Source: Minisyncoccia bacterium (lineage in GTDB: Bacteria; Patescibacteriota; Minisyncoccia; Phycocordibacterales; UBA9973). Taken from it: a DNA stretch of 64,000 nucleotides. The stretch is from NCBI GenBank assembly GCA_049303835.1, contig JBAQNN010000003.1, positions 192,769-256,768 on the forward strand. The letters run 5' to 3'. A model generated the notes under the pieces. It did no database searches. It saw only the letters and a list, made by a program, of their open reading frames with translations, and was not told the DNA's origin. Made by a program: the position numbers and the translations under genes. Position 1 is the first letter of the stretch. Each line of letters begins with the position of its first letter. Shown in pieces: positions 1 to 10,732 of the stretch.

Positions 1-1057
1 TTTCGGCAAATTCCCTATCACGCTCGTCGTCTTTAGGCACAGCCATTATGGCTCCAGTGCCATAAGCCACGAGCACATAGTCCGCAATCCAGACTGGGAT
101 TTCTTCTTTAGTGGCTGGGTTTATCGCTTTCACTCCTTTCAACTCCACTCCCGTTTTTTCTTTAGACTGTTGACGACTGAGCTCGGACTTTTTCTTGGTA
201 TCTAAAATGTATTTTTCAACTTCTCCCCAATTTGTAATGTGTGATTGTAATTTTTGCAACAATTCATGTTCTGGAGCCAAGACCAAATAAGTCGCTCCGA
301 AAATAGTGTCTGGACGCGTGGTGAAAACTTTAATCCGTGATTCGTAATTCTTGATTCCAAATTCAATTTCCGCTCCTTCTGATTTCCCTATCCAATTTTT
401 CTGAGCTGTTTTTATTTCCTCCGGCCATTCTAATTTTTCAAGATCATCAATCAATCTATCTGCATATTTTGTAATACGCAACATCCATTGTTCCTGGTTA
501 CGCTGTTCAACCTGAGATCCACATCTGTCACAAAATCCATCTACCACTTGCTCATTTGCGAGAATCGTCTGGTCTTTGGGACACCAATTTACTTTTGTCA
601 CCGCGCGATATACTAAATCATTTTTTAAAAACTGACCAAACATCCACTGGGTCCATTTATAGTACTCCGGATCACAAGTAACCACTTCTCGTTTCCAATC
701 AAACATGGCTCCTATAGATTTTAATTGCACACGCATTTTTGCCATTTGTTTGTATGTCCACACCTTGGGGTCAGCCCCAAGATTAATTGCAGCATTTTCT
801 GCAGGAAGTCCGAAGGCATCAAAACCCATGGGATACAAAACATTAAAACCTTGCATCCGTTTAAAACGTGCAAAAATATCAGGGACACTAAAAGCATACC
901 AGTGCCCGACATGTAAATTGCCTGATGGATAGGAAAATTCAACTAGAGTATAAAAGTTCTTTTTCCCTTTTACCTTATCTTTGACTTGATAAATCTTCTT
1001 TTTTGCCCAAATAGTCTGCCATTTCTTTTCTATCTTTTTGTGATCATATTCACGCAT
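1..1057 (-). CDS. leuS: Leucyl-tRNA synthetase, N-terminal part (3' end runs off window)
   Basis: Minus-strand translation from ATG ~1057 gives MREYDHKKIEKKWQTIWAKKKIY...EFSYPSGNLHVGHWYAF (HIGH motif), CP1 editing-domain sequence, RPDTIFGATY. Confidence 0.9.
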   Translation of the reverse strand, partial: MREYDHKKIEKKWQTIWAKKKIYQVKDKVKGKKNFYTLVEFSYPSGNLHVGHWYAFSVPDIFARFKRMQGFNVLYPMGFDAFGLPAENAAINLGADPKVWTYKQMAKMRVQLKSIGAMFDWKREVVTCDPEYYKWTQWMFGQFLKNDLVYRAVTKVNWCPKDQTILANEQVVDGFCDRCGSQVEQRNQEQWMLRITKYADRLIDDLEKLEWPEEIKTAQKNWIGKSEGAEIEFGIKNYESRIKVFTTRPDTIFGATYLVLAPEHELLQKLQSHITNWGEVEKYILDTKKKSELSRQQSKEKTGVELKGVKAINPATKEEIPVWIADYVLVAYGTGAIMAVPKDDERDREFAE

Positions 1058-1073
1058 GTCTTACATAATAACC

Positions 1074-1107
1074 AAAAAACCGCCTTTATGCAAAGCGGTT
1101 TTTTGTT
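1074..1107. terminator. GC hairpin (AACCGC..GCGGTT) flanked by A-run and T-run between membrane-protein gene and leuS start; intrinsic terminator/attenuator-like
   Basis: Inverted repeat aaaccgcctttatgcaaagcggtttttt read directly. Confidence 0.4.
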
Positions 1108-1123
1108 CGTTTGACACAATTAA

Positions 1124-2137
1124 TTATCTCAACGGTTTTGGGTACGGAGGATAAATATCTTTATCAATGGTACGAGTAAAACAAGTGCGTCCTTCCTGGT
1201 GGTCCCAAGATTCATTCATACCTCCACCCGGATAAGGATACGACACGTTGGCGATATCTTTTTCATAAGCAACCATCGGGATTATTCCCCCTCCACTATA
1301 TTCACGCCAACCTTTTTGGATGGGTAAAGTAAAGGTAGCACATAGTTCAAAAGATAGTGGCCCTTTGACAGCGTATTCATACACCTTTCCTTTTTCAAAT
1401 TCCGGCTCTACTGGCAGAGAATAACCAGACAGAGGATTTGCAAGTTCGGTTAAATCTTTTGGTAGTTTTTCTTTTTGTTGCCAATAATTAATTACTTGAT
1501 ACTGAATACTTTGGAGGTCATTCACCCTCCTATCATCCAAGCGGAGAGATCTTTGCGTCATCGGGCTGCCAATGATTAAAAAGCTATAGCTGACAGCAGA
1601 TAAAACAAGTGCGATACTAAGTACACCAAAAATCATACCCACTTTGGCAGGAGAACTCTCTTTGTCGCGAAGCAGGAGGATGTAATAAAAACCAACCAAA
1701 CCTGCCACTACCAGCACAGTGACAACTTTCAAGATAAATCTATAAGTTATTTCTCCAGAAATAAAGTATTTTATCAAAGTCACAAGATCAATCACGACAA
1801 TAAGTGAAGACAAAAATAAAATAATATAAATAACCCATTTTTTTATAATTTCATCAATACTGCCGAGGACCCTTCTCCCATATTTTTTCCAGAGATAAGA
1901 CACCACAACAAAAATTGGAAAAAATATTATGAGTGTAGAGAGGGCCATACGAATACTCTCATACTCATAAGTAGAATATCCATATTGGTAACTTGAATTC
2001 AAAACATCCGGGAAACGTTTATTTAACGTCTCAAACACAAGGTTCAAAAACGATACGACTGAAGTTATTAATGTTATTAATACGCCCAAAGACAAGAAGA
2101 AAAAACCGATATTAAGTTTTGGTTGATTTGTTTCCAT
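1124..2137 (-). CDS. Polytopic membrane protein, function unknown (N-terminal TM helices, Gly/Pro-rich C-terminal domain; resembles DUF5671-type CPR proteins)
   Basis: Track ORF; hydrophobic helices in N-terminal two thirds; C-terminal GGG/PYPGGG motifs. Confidence 0.4.
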   Translation of the reverse strand: METNQPKLNIGFFFLSLGVLITLITSVVSFLNLVFETLNKRFPDVLNSSYQYGYSTYEYESIRMALSTLIIFFPIFVVVSYLWKKYGRRVLGSIDEIIKKWVIYIILFLSSLIVVIDLVTLIKYFISGEITYRFILKVVTVLVVAGLVGFYYILLLRDKESSPAKVGMIFGVLSIALVLSAVSYSFLIIGSPMTQRSLRLDDRRVNDLQSIQYQVINYWQQKEKLPKDLTELANPLSGYSLPVEPEFEKGKVYEYAVKGPLSFELCATFTLPIQKGWREYSGGGIIPMVAYEKDIANVSYPYPGGGMNESWDHQEGRTCFTRTIDKDIYPPYPKPLR

Positions 2138-2145
2138 AAACTATA

Positions 2146-3030
2146 TTATACGCTCCAAATAGCGGTGTTGGCAAGAGAAATTAGACGACTGTTTGATTTC
2201 TCAAACACACAAAGCTCCCCCGCCTCTACCCCGCCTTCTTTTTGCTTCATTGTCTCCAGAAGAGCATATTTGAGAGAAAGTGAAGACGAATCCGTCGCGT
2301 ATGAGGTTAGAATCACAAAAAGCGGTTTGTCACTCAAGACTTTTTTTACTTGTAAAAGAAGCTTGGGTAACATTTCTTCTATTTTCCAAACTTCTCCCTT
2401 GGGTCCCCGACCGAATTTCGGCGGATCCATAATCACCGCATCATATTTATTCCCTCTTTTTTCTTCCCGTTCTAAAAATTTTAAAACATCATCTTCTATC
2501 ACTCGCATCGGCGCCCCAGCCAGCTCGGTATTTAACTTTTGATTCTCTTTTGCCCAGTTTAAAGTTTGCTTTGAAGCATCCACATGGGTCACTTCCGCTC
2601 CGGCCCGAAGAGCAAACAAACTCGCCACCCCGGTATAACCAAATAAATTTAAAAATTTAACTTTCCGGCCAGAATCTTTGATAGAATTTTCTATAAAATC
2701 CCAATGGCTTGCCTGTTCTGGAAAAAATCCAAAATGTCGGAACGGCGTAGGCATGACAAGAAACTTTATACTTTTATATTCCATCTCCCATTTAGCTTTC
2801 ATATCAAAAGTACTCTTTGACATCTTCCATCCCGCTTTGGCGCCTACTTTGGAACTCCAAAATTTGCCCTCAGCTTCTTCCCATTCTTTTTTTGAAAGGG
2901 TTTTTGGCCAAACGGCGTTTTCATATGGCCGAACGAAAACATATTGGCCGAATTTCTCCAACTTCTCCCCGGCACCTGTGTCTAGGAGTTCGTAATCTTT
3001 CCAATCTTTGGAATAAAAAGTATTAATCAT
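2146..3030 (-). CDS. Class I SAM-dependent methyltransferase, RlmI/RlmK-like (DPPKF motif)
   Basis: GYTG...VDAS SAM-binding motif and IMDPPKF catalytic motif; 4-nt overlap with ychF. Confidence 0.6.
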   Translation of the reverse strand: MINTFYSKDWKDYELLDTGAGEKLEKFGQYVFVRPYENAVWPKTLSKKEWEEAEGKFWSSKVGAKAGWKMSKSTFDMKAKWEMEYKSIKFLVMPTPFRHFGFFPEQASHWDFIENSIKDSGRKVKFLNLFGYTGVASLFALRAGAEVTHVDASKQTLNWAKENQKLNTELAGAPMRVIEDDVLKFLEREEKRGNKYDAVIMDPPKFGRGPKGEVWKIEEMLPKLLLQVKKVLSDKPLFVILTSYATDSSSLSLKYALLETMKQKEGGVEAGELCVFEKSNSRLISLANTAIWSV

Positions 3031-3845
3031 ATTAAAAATTCTATCACGTCGCCGTCTTGTACAATATATTCTTTTCCTTCCGTTCGCACCCAGCCACGCT
3101 CTCTTGCCTTGGCGAAAGAGCCGGCTTCAATTAGTTGATCATAAGACACCACTTCCGCCCGAATAAATTTCTGTTGAAAATCCGTATGGATAGAACGACC
3201 GGCAAAAGGTGCTGTCGCCCCACGGAGAGTGGTCCAAGCCCTTGATTCATCTTCTCCAGTGGTGAAGAAAGTAATTAAATTCAATAAATCATATCCGGCC
3301 TTTATGAGATTATCCAAGCCGGTACCGAAGACTGGGTCAACTTCAATATACGGCCCGGGAAGCTTGGAAACAAAATCATTTTTTACATTTTCCGCTGCTT
3401 CTGACTTATTTAAAACATAAAGTGTCGGTTTCTTTATGCTCGCTTGTTCTAATTCAAAATTTATAACTTCAATATCAAAAAGAGGGTCTATCTTATTGTG
3501 TACGTGAAGAGTATTAGCGTCTTCAAAAATTCTTACCACTTCAATAATCGCATCCACTTCGCGAATATGAGACAGAAATTTATTTCCTAGCCCCGCTCCG
3601 TCCGATGCTCCTTTTACCAATCCGGCAATGTCCACAAATTCCACCACCGCAGGAATGGTTTTCTTTGATTTAGAAATAGCAGAAAGCTTGGTCAACCGTT
3701 CGTCAGGCACAGGCACAATTCCAACCGATGGGTCAATGGTGCAAAATGGATAATTTTCCGCCGGGACCCCTTTTTTCGTCAACGCATTAAAAAGCGTGGA
3801 CTTCCCCACGTTTGGCAACCCGACAATTCCGATTGATAGTGACAT
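3027..3845 (-). CDS. ychF: Ribosome-binding ATPase YchF (short form)
   Basis: [37 protein letters not shown]-terminal TGS-like EVRAWT...GATAP...[14 protein letters not shown]. Confidence 0.9.
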   Translation of the reverse strand: MSLSIGIVGLPNVGKSTLFNALTKKGVPAENYPFCTIDPSVGIVPVPDERLTKLSAISKSKKTIPAVVEFVDIAGLVKGASDGAGLGNKFLSHIREVDAIIEVVRIFEDANTLHVHNKIDPLFDIEVINFELEQASIKKPTLYVLNKSEAAENVKNDFVSKLPGPYIEVDPVFGTGLDNLIKAGYDLLNLITFFTTGEDESRAWTTLRGATAPFAGRSIHTDFQQKFIRAEVVSYDQLIEAGSFAKARERGWVRTEGKEYIVQDGDVIEFLI

Positions 3846-3908
3846 AGAAAAAATATAGCAAAAAACGACACAAAAGTCATTCTTGCTTTGTGATATTTGC
3901 TTGAACTT

Positions 3909-4058
3909 CTAAAGAATTTTCTCTCCTCTAATAATTCTAAGCAAAACGATTATGATGGCGACAACGAGGAGTATATGAATGAGTCCACCCACGGTGAAAG
4001 ACGTCAACATTCCTAGAAGCCACAAGATAACCAAAACTGCCACTATTGTTGTAATCAT
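3909..4058 (-). CDS. lmo0937-family small membrane protein (~49 aa), missed by ORF track
   Basis: Minus-strand ORF MITTIVAVLVILWLLGMLTSFTVGGLIHILLVVAIIIVLLRIIRGEKIL matches the lmo0937 pattern (LWLLG...GGLIHLLLVVA). Confidence 0.5.
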   Translation of the reverse strand: MITTIVAVLVILWLLGMLTSFTVGGLIHILLVVAIIIVLLRIIRGEKIL

Positions 4059-4108
4059 ATTTTTTAAAGTTAATTATTAAAGAAAACTTTTTCACGATCA
4101 CTCAAAGA

Positions 4109-4474
4109 TTAGTTGGTTCCAGTTTCCTGCTTGTTTAATTTAACTGCCGCTTCTGGAGTAGAAACCGTCTTACTCATTAGAAACATTTTGACAATCCCCC
4201 AGGCGACAATAAAGTACACCAACATAGCTAAAAGAGTAGTCCATTCAAAGATACTGCCTTCTAAGTAAGTAATCCGAAAAACACTAATAAAAGGAGCCGC
4301 AAATATATGGGTGATACCATATATTAATTTAGTAAAACCAGCACCACTATTGGCCGCAAGTAATTTCAAGACGAAACGAAACAATAATAGTATTTCTATA
4401 AAACCGAGAATATACCAGACAATTTGTGTGCCTCGATAAAGTGGCTTGGTTGTGGGTGAATTATATGAGTCCAT
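4109..4474 (-). CDS. YggT-family membrane protein
   Basis: Small 3-4 TM protein with IEILLLFRFVLKLL-type YggT motif. Confidence 0.45.
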   Translation of the reverse strand: MDSYNSPTTKPLYRGTQIVWYILGFIEILLLFRFVLKLLAANSGAGFTKLIYGITHIFAAPFISVFRITYLEGSIFEWTTLLAMLVYFIVAWGIVKMFLMSKTVSTPEAAVKLNKQETGTN

Positions 4475-4651
4475 TTTTTTTAATTTTAATTAAATTATAA
4501 GTGATAAGTTTCGACCATCATTTACTCTCTATAATATGACGTAGAGATAGACATATAATTACAACTTGCGATACAAGATCATAGAAAAACACAGCTGCGG
4601 TACAGCTCCATTGAAGACTTGAAAAATTAGAAACTAAAGATAAAGAAGTCG

Positions 4652-5050
4652 TTATACTAGACCTAGTCTCTCCTTAATTTTTTCAATAATTTCTTCTATA
4701 CTTTTGTCGGCTTTCATGAAGTAATATGTGGGTTCCAAATTTGTGATATCTCTATTGCGTTGTTCATCACTGGCGGAAAGATTGGTCAAAATAATCACAG
4801 GTACACTCTTGCCCCAGTCATTTTTCGCGCGTAATTCTTTCAACAAGCTCATTCCATCCATTTTGGGCATCAATAAATCAAGCAAAATTAGATCGGGGTG
4901 TTCAGCTAATGCCAACCTGAGGCCTTCTAATCCATCATGAGCCTTGAGTACCCCAAAACCTTCCGAGGCTAATTTCTCCCCCAGAGTATCAATCAATATT
5001 TTTTCATCTTCTACAACCAAGATTAAAATTTTTTTATCAAGTTTATTCAT
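4652..5050 (-). CDS. Stand-alone response regulator receiver (CheY-like)
   Basis: ILVVEDE...LILLDLLMPKMDG...K receiver signature. Confidence 0.85.
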   Translation of the reverse strand: MNKLDKKILILVVEDEKILIDTLGEKLASEGFGVLKAHDGLEGLRLALAEHPDLILLDLLMPKMDGMSLLKELRAKNDWGKSVPVIILTNLSASDEQRNRDITNLEPTYYFMKADKSIEEIIEKIKERLGLV

Positions 5051-5067
5051 ACTTTTGTGGATAAAAA

Positions 5068-6567
5068 TTATTTAACTACTGTTAAGTAAAATGTGGTTCC
5101 GGACTTGGTATCCGACTTAAACCAAACAGTCCCACCACTCGCCTCAATTATACTCTTAATAATATACAAACCAAGCCCTGTCCCCGCAGGTTGTCTATTT
5201 GATGCGTCAACTCCGCGGGTAAATTTTTCAAATTTTTGTATTCTTTTTAAGGAAGACGGGTTGATGATTCCATTGTTGTGCACAGAGATTAAATAATCCT
5301 TGACCCTATCGGTAACCTTTATTTTTATAAATCTTGAATTCTCTTCGCCGTAGTTAATTGCATTGATTAATAAATTTTTTAACGCTTCACTAATTAAAAA
5401 TGGATCGCAGTGAATATTTTTTAATTTGGACGGTACTATTATTTTAATAATTTTTTTCTTGTTTTCTGCTAAATCTTTGACGGCAAGACATGTAGCATCT
5501 ATCATTTTCTTAACATCAGTAATTTTCTTATTCACCACCAATTTCCCTGATTCAATTTTAGTAACATCCAATAAGTCAGTCACCAGATTGATGAGTTTCT
5601 CGTTGGAAATTATTAAATTTTGAATTTTCTCTTTCTGTTTAATGGTAAAATTTTGATCACTGTTCATGGACTCTAGCACCCATTTTGTCGCCGACAAGGG
5701 AGTACGCAATTGGTGAGATGCCATAGACAAAAATTCATTTTTGGCCTGTTCAAGTTCTTTTAGTGAAGTAATATCTTCTGTATGAGTAACAAAATAAAGT
5801 GGTTTACCCAATGGATCTCTGACCAAAGCAGTACTTATATTGACCCAAACAATTTGCCCGTTTTTATTTATATATCTTTTTTCAAACTGCGCATGATTTT
5901 TTTCTCCTGATATAATTTTCTTTATAATTCCCAGACTTTTTGACCTGTCGTCTACAAAAGTAATATCATTGAAATCGTTGCTCAAAAGTTCTTTTTTAGA
6001 ATAACCGGTAATCTTACAGAGAGCATCATTTACTTCTAGCCAACGACCAGTAGTGGATACCAAAGATACTCCCACTGCTGAATATTCAAAAATATTTCTA
6101 AAACGAGTCTCGCTTTCTTTCAATTTTTCTTCATATTTTTTATTTTCAGAAACATCTCTCCCTATAGCCTGAAGATATTTCTCATTATTAAGAACAATTT
6201 TATTGAGCGATATTTCCATATCTAAAGGTCTTTTATATTTATCTTGATGTTTCCAATAAAATCTTTGCGGTTTATTGCTAAAAGCGGCCTTAATATATTT
6301 CAAGGCTTTGGTTTTTGAATTTTGACCATCCGGCTGTTTGACAGGAGAAAAATCCATCGGAGTGTGATTGATCATGTCTTTTTTGCTTTTACATTTAAAT
6401 ATTTCTACCGTTTTTCTGTTGCAATCGATAAAAACATTTTTTCTCATTAACCAAATAGCATCATTCGCATTTTCAAAAAGAGTCCGAAATCTATTTTCCG
6501 CCTCAAGAACCTTCTCTTTGGAGTATTTCGTGGATTGTTTTTTATGTTTTAAATTATTTTTAATCAT
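5068..6567 (-). CDS. Cytoplasmic PAS-PAS sensor histidine kinase
   Basis: Two PAS-like segments, HisKA H-box SMASHQLRTPLSA, HATPase G-box GTGLGLYIIKSII. Confidence 0.85.
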   Translation of the reverse strand: MIKNNLKHKKQSTKYSKEKVLEAENRFRTLFENANDAIWLMRKNVFIDCNRKTVEIFKCKSKKDMINHTPMDFSPVKQPDGQNSKTKALKYIKAAFSNKPQRFYWKHQDKYKRPLDMEISLNKIVLNNEKYLQAIGRDVSENKKYEEKLKESETRFRNIFEYSAVGVSLVSTTGRWLEVNDALCKITGYSKKELLSNDFNDITFVDDRSKSLGIIKKIISGEKNHAQFEKRYINKNGQIVWVNISTALVRDPLGKPLYFVTHTEDITSLKELEQAKNEFLSMASHQLRTPLSATKWVLESMNSDQNFTIKQKEKIQNLIISNEKLINLVTDLLDVTKIESGKLVVNKKITDVKKMIDATCLAVKDLAENKKKIIKIIVPSKLKNIHCDPFLISEALKNLLINAINYGEENSRFIKIKVTDRVKDYLISVHNNGIINPSSLKRIQKFEKFTRGVDASNRQPAGTGLGLYIIKSIIEASGGTVWFKSDTKSGTTFYLTVVK

Positions 6568-6592
6568 AAAAAATTTTAAGCCTAAATTTGTC

Positions 6593-6808
6593 TTAAGTTA
6601 GTTTTTTTAATTCTTCTTCGTACTTTTTCATCACCTCCATAGAAGCAGTCATTTGATCCATTCCCCCATCCATTTTTGCTTTTATCTCTTCGGCAATAGC
6701 CTTGAAGAGCCCCGGATTTTTCTCCATCATACTTATAAACATATCTATTTGTGCTTCAGGCACACCTTGAGTACGAAGCATTTTTTTAAGTAAAAAATTT
6801 TTAAACAT
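6593..6808 (-). CDS. Small hypothetical protein (71 aa) between ABC ATPase and kinase
   Basis: Track ORF in tight operon spacing; no recognisable domain. Confidence 0.25.
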   Translation of the reverse strand: MFKNFLLKKMLRTQGVPEAQIDMFISMMEKNPGLFKAIAEEIKAKMDGGMDQMTASMEVMKKYEEELKKLT

Positions 6809-6822
6809 AAATATATTGTATA

Positions 6823-7497
6823 TTAAACTCTTTCCTCAGAAATAATTTGACCATTATCTAAGTGAATAATACGCTCGGCATATTTACTATATTCTACCTC
6901 ATGAGTAACCATGATTATAGTCTGCCCTTCGGAATGTAATTTTTTAAAAATATCCATAACAATACGAGAAGACTCATTGTCCAAATTTGCCGTAGGCTCA
7001 TCGGCAAAAAGAATTTTCGGCTCGTGAGCTATGGCACGCGCGATACTTACCCGCTGCTGTTCCCCTCCGGAGAGCTGGCTCGGTAAATTATTCAATCTTT
7101 CTCCGAGGCCCACCAAGGTCAAATGTTCCGCCGCTTTCGCATATGCTTTTTTCTCCGGCAAATTCTGCATCAAAAGTGGCAAAGCCACGTTCTCAAGCGC
7201 AGTCATTTCCGGAAGCAAAGCATAGTCTTGAAAGACATACCCTAATTGAGAAAGGCGAAAAGAGGTCCTCTCTGCAGTACTTAAAGCAAGCACATCTTTA
7301 CCATCAATAAAAATTTGCCCTGCCGTAGGTTCATCAAGCAGACTCATCTGATAAAGAAGAGTGCTCTTTCCAGCACCAGAACGACCCATAATAGCGACGA
7401 AGTCGCCGCTCTTGGTCGTGAAGTCTATCCCCTTCAGAACTTCTGTAGTCTTTTCGCCATCTTGAAATGATTTTTTAAGGTTTTTTACTTCTATCAT
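6823..7497 (-). CDS. ABC transporter ATP-binding protein (MacB/LolD-type)
   Basis: Walker A GRSGAGKST, signature LSGGEQQR, Walker B ILFADEPT. Confidence 0.9.
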   Translation of the reverse strand: MIEVKNLKKSFQDGEKTTEVLKGIDFTTKSGDFVAIMGRSGAGKSTLLYQMSLLDEPTAGQIFIDGKDVLALSTAERTSFRLSQLGYVFQDYALLPEMTALENVALPLLMQNLPEKKAYAKAAEHLTLVGLGERLNNLPSQLSGGEQQRVSIARAIAHEPKILFADEPTANLDNESSRIVMDIFKKLHSEGQTIIMVTHEVEYSKYAERIIHLDNGQIISEERV

Positions 7498-7509
7498 AAA
7501 TTTATATAC

Positions 7510-8766
7510 TTAATTTCTTCCTAAGATAGAATCCAGTGTATTTTTACGCACGACCAGCCTGGCGGGAATAAATCCAGCGATAATTGTCGTAACCATCAAA
7601 AGCCCTATTCGTAGCATCGTACCACCGATAGGAGCCACCAATATTCCATCACTAAAAGAAAAATCTATCGGGTGCGTGGTCATCCACGGCTCCAGAAATC
7701 CATAAAGTACCACCAGACCAATGACCGAACCACAGAGTGCGTAAAAGAAGGACTGTAGAATATATGATATTTCAATAGCTGCTTCATTTATCCCTATTCC
7801 TTTCAAAATTCCTATAAATTTCCTTCTGGTAATCGCATTAATAAAAATAACTATGAAGATGGTGATTGAAGCAACGACAAGTCCGATAGAAGAAAGCATG
7901 TTCCCTAAAAGAGAAAAAGTAGCAATCATATCTTTTATGAATTTGGGTTGGGCATCAATATAAGTTTGAACTTTAGCAACTTTGTCCACGCCATTTCTCT
8001 TTAAAATATCTCGTACAACAGCCGGGTCAGTCCCGGGTTTTAGTTTTATTGATATTTCATCAACATTATAATCATTTCTCCCGATAATACTCCTAAATTG
8101 AGAGTCAATCATAAATACCCCCATAGAAATCTGATCCACTTTTGCTTTTATTATTCCCTTAATTGTTACTTCCCGTTCTACCCCGTTGACAGTGATCCGA
8201 ACCTTCACTCCTGGTTTAATATTTTCAAGAGCAGTAAACCCTGGATAATCAAAATCCATATATTTTTTATCAAGATACGCTCCCAACAAAACTTGATCAT
8301 AATCTCCTGGAGTGAGATATTCTCCTTCCACCATAAATTTGGAAATTTCCGTCACATTATTTTCAGCCACTGGATTGATACCATAAAACGAAGCCGTAGC
8401 TATGTTCGCTTTTTCTTTATCATTGGTGCGCGTCTTATAGTTTGCCTCTACTGTTCCCCCTTCTAAATATCGCGCCGTCATATTTTCTACCTGAGGCAAT
8501 GATTTTACAATACTGATTATCTCCGGGCTATTTTCTATGTAAGTTTTATTGTTCAAGCTGGAAATAATCACATCACTAGTATAGTGAGTACGCACTGCGT
8601 TTACTGCTCCCTGCAAAAGTCCAATTAAAATTCCACTGACCACGACCAAGTTGAGAAAAGTGAAAAACATCACGAAGATTATAAGTATCGTAGTCCATAA
8701 ACTTGATCTCCTTATCTGTCGCCTGGCCAAAAAAAGGCCCATGCGTATATTTAATGAAGAAAACAT
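7510..8766 (-). CDS. ABC transporter permease, FtsX/MacB-type with large extracytoplasmic domain
   Basis: N-terminal TM, long soluble domain, three C-terminal TM helices (FtsX fold topology). Confidence 0.8.
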   Translation of the reverse strand: MFSSLNIRMGLFLARRQIRRSSLWTTILIIFVMFFTFLNLVVVSGILIGLLQGAVNAVRTHYTSDVIISSLNNKTYIENSPEIISIVKSLPQVENMTARYLEGGTVEANYKTRTNDKEKANIATASFYGINPVAENNVTEISKFMVEGEYLTPGDYDQVLLGAYLDKKYMDFDYPGFTALENIKPGVKVRITVNGVEREVTIKGIIKAKVDQISMGVFMIDSQFRSIIGRNDYNVDEISIKLKPGTDPAVVRDILKRNGVDKVAKVQTYIDAQPKFIKDMIATFSLLGNMLSSIGLVVASITIFIVIFINAITRRKFIGILKGIGINEAAIEISYILQSFFYALCGSVIGLVVLYGFLEPWMTTHPIDFSFSDGILVAPIGGTMLRIGLLMVTTIIAGFIPARLVVRKNTLDSILGRN

Positions 8767-8771
8767 AATTT

Positions 8772-10298
8772 TTATTTAATCTCTGGATTAAGAACAACTT
8801 TATCACCATCCGCAAGACCCGAAATGACCTCTACTTGGCCCAAAGAAGATGTCATGCCCAATACTACCTCTTTTTCCACCACCTCTTCATTGATTTTCAC
8901 TTGCACAAATTTTTTCCCATTTTTATCAAAGATAACTCCTCCGGGAATCACCACAACATTCGGTTTACTAAAAGTAATTATCTTAACGCTAGCTGTCATG
9001 CCTGATTTTATACGGTCATCCACGGTGTTGAACTGAAGTTTAATTTTATAAGTTGATACTCCATCTCGGATGGTTTCAGCTGGATCTATTGATATTACTT
9101 TTGCATAAAATAATACATCTTCTCCATAAGCATCTAGGGTAATACTTGCCTCATCCCCGAATTTTATTTGTGCAATATTTACTTCTGGTACATAACTCTC
9201 CACCTGAAAAGTACCAGCACTCATCATTTTTACCAAAGGAACATTGGGAGATGCTATCTCTCCGATCTTAGCATCTATCTTGGTTACTATTCCATCAAAT
9301 GGGGCTCTAATATAGTAATCTGCCAATTTATTTTTCGCGTCTTGTAGGTTATTTTCTTCTTGCCTTACCGAAAGCAAAGCATCACTTATGTCCAAACCAG
9401 TACTTGAGAAAGCATCTTTTTGGTCTTTTATGTTTGTCTGAACAGAAAGTAAGTTATCCAAGTGTCCACTGACGTCATTGGTGTATTCAGCCAGAATTGT
9501 TTTAAAAGAAGCGTAATCAGCCTCCCTGTCTGTGTCATCAGCCAAATAATCCACCAAATTCTTTGCACTTTTTACAGCGTTAGAGAAAATTTTAACCGTT
9601 TCGTAAGTTTCGCTTATGATAGATTCAATCGCTGGCTTAGGAGAATTACGATCCAATAATCTGAAATTTTTTCTATTATCTTTCAAAGCACCATCCGCTT
9701 TGTAGAAAAGTTTTTCTGCCTCATTTTTATAGTTTTGGGCTGTAGTTCCCCCATTTCGCACGATACCGTCTGCGAGATTTTCATCATTTAAAATATCCTC
9801 AAGTCCGATAATAACAATTGATAAGTCTGTGAATGAATCCAACACGGCAGTAAACCCATCACCATAAGCTTTCTCTAAATCAGCACTGAGGTTCTCATCG
9901 GAATTCTCAAGTCTAAGCTTGGACAGAGAAAGTTTTGCGCTTTCAAGCCTTATCTCAGCATCACGAACAGCTTGTTCTGCATCTTTGGCATCAAGGGTAG
10001 CGATCAAGGTTCCGGCTTTTACTATTTGACCAGCACCATCACCACTGCTTACAGAAGAAAAAATACGTGCGATGCGCCCACCGTTATTAAATCCTAAATC
10101 AACTTCCTCGGACGCCACCACCTTACCGGAGATAGAAACTTGATTGATAAAATCAGTGTGACTGATAGTGATGGTACCATTTGTAGCCTTACCGTTTTTA
10201 AAAATAATCAATCCGAGAATAATAAAAACCACCACGACGACGCCGGATAAAATCTTTTTTCTCTTTATAAAACCCAAAATCTTGTTTACAAAAGTCAT
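8772..10298 (-). CDS. HlyD/MacA-family membrane-fusion (periplasmic adaptor) protein
   Basis: N-terminal anchor, long coiled-coil region, C-terminal beta-barrel segment; directly upstream of MacB-like permease. Confidence 0.7.
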   Translation of the reverse strand: MTFVNKILGFIKRKKILSGVVVVVFIILGLIIFKNGKATNGTITISHTDFINQVSISGKVVASEEVDLGFNNGGRIARIFSSVSSGDGAGQIVKAGTLIATLDAKDAEQAVRDAEIRLESAKLSLSKLRLENSDENLSADLEKAYGDGFTAVLDSFTDLSIVIIGLEDILNDENLADGIVRNGGTTAQNYKNEAEKLFYKADGALKDNRKNFRLLDRNSPKPAIESIISETYETVKIFSNAVKSAKNLVDYLADDTDREADYASFKTILAEYTNDVSGHLDNLLSVQTNIKDQKDAFSSTGLDISDALLSVRQEENNLQDAKNKLADYYIRAPFDGIVTKIDAKIGEIASPNVPLVKMMSAGTFQVESYVPEVNIAQIKFGDEASITLDAYGEDVLFYAKVISIDPAETIRDGVSTYKIKLQFNTVDDRIKSGMTASVKIITFSKPNVVVIPGGVIFDKNGKKFVQVKINEEVVEKEVVLGMTSSLGQVEVISGLADGDKVVLNPEIK

Positions 10299-10324
10299 AA
10301 TGGGACAATTATATCACATTCGGA

Positions 10325-10708
10325 TTAGTTTTGAAAATTAACATTAAAACTATACATTCCCATCCCACACACGCCTTCTATTGGAACACCGGCTTTGGGG
10401 ATACCGATATCAATTTCTGTTTCCCCTGTTTTGGGCAGAAGTTGTTGAAATCCGACAGAACGTACTACAAGCGCAGACGAACAATCGTAAGTACCATTTG
10501 TTTTTACTATCAGTTTTGTAGGAATACCCGCCTTGGCGACAGACTCCCTCGGGAAATACCCACCCTTGGCATTTACGGTGATATACTGGATGCCATCTCT
10601 TATTTCAACATTTTCTACCGAATCAAGTTTTTTGTTCCCGCCAACAAAGATAATGCCGATAGCGACAAGGAGACCTAAGGTAATTATAATTAAAGCTGTT
10701 TTATTCAT
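10325..10708 (-). CDS. Small secreted/anchored cupredoxin-like putative metal-binding protein (Cys...CGMGM motif)
   Basis: N-terminal TM/signal, beta-rich 100-aa domain ending GVCGMGMY; position at end of copper operon. Confidence 0.35.
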   Translation of the reverse strand: MNKTALIIITLGLLVAIGIIFVGGNKKLDSVENVEIRDGIQYITVNAKGGYFPRESVAKAGIPTKLIVKTNGTYDCSSALVVRSVGFQQLLPKTGETEIDIGIPKAGVPIEGVCGMGMYSFNVNFQN

Positions 10709-10732
10709 AAATTAATTTTACCATAATTAGAT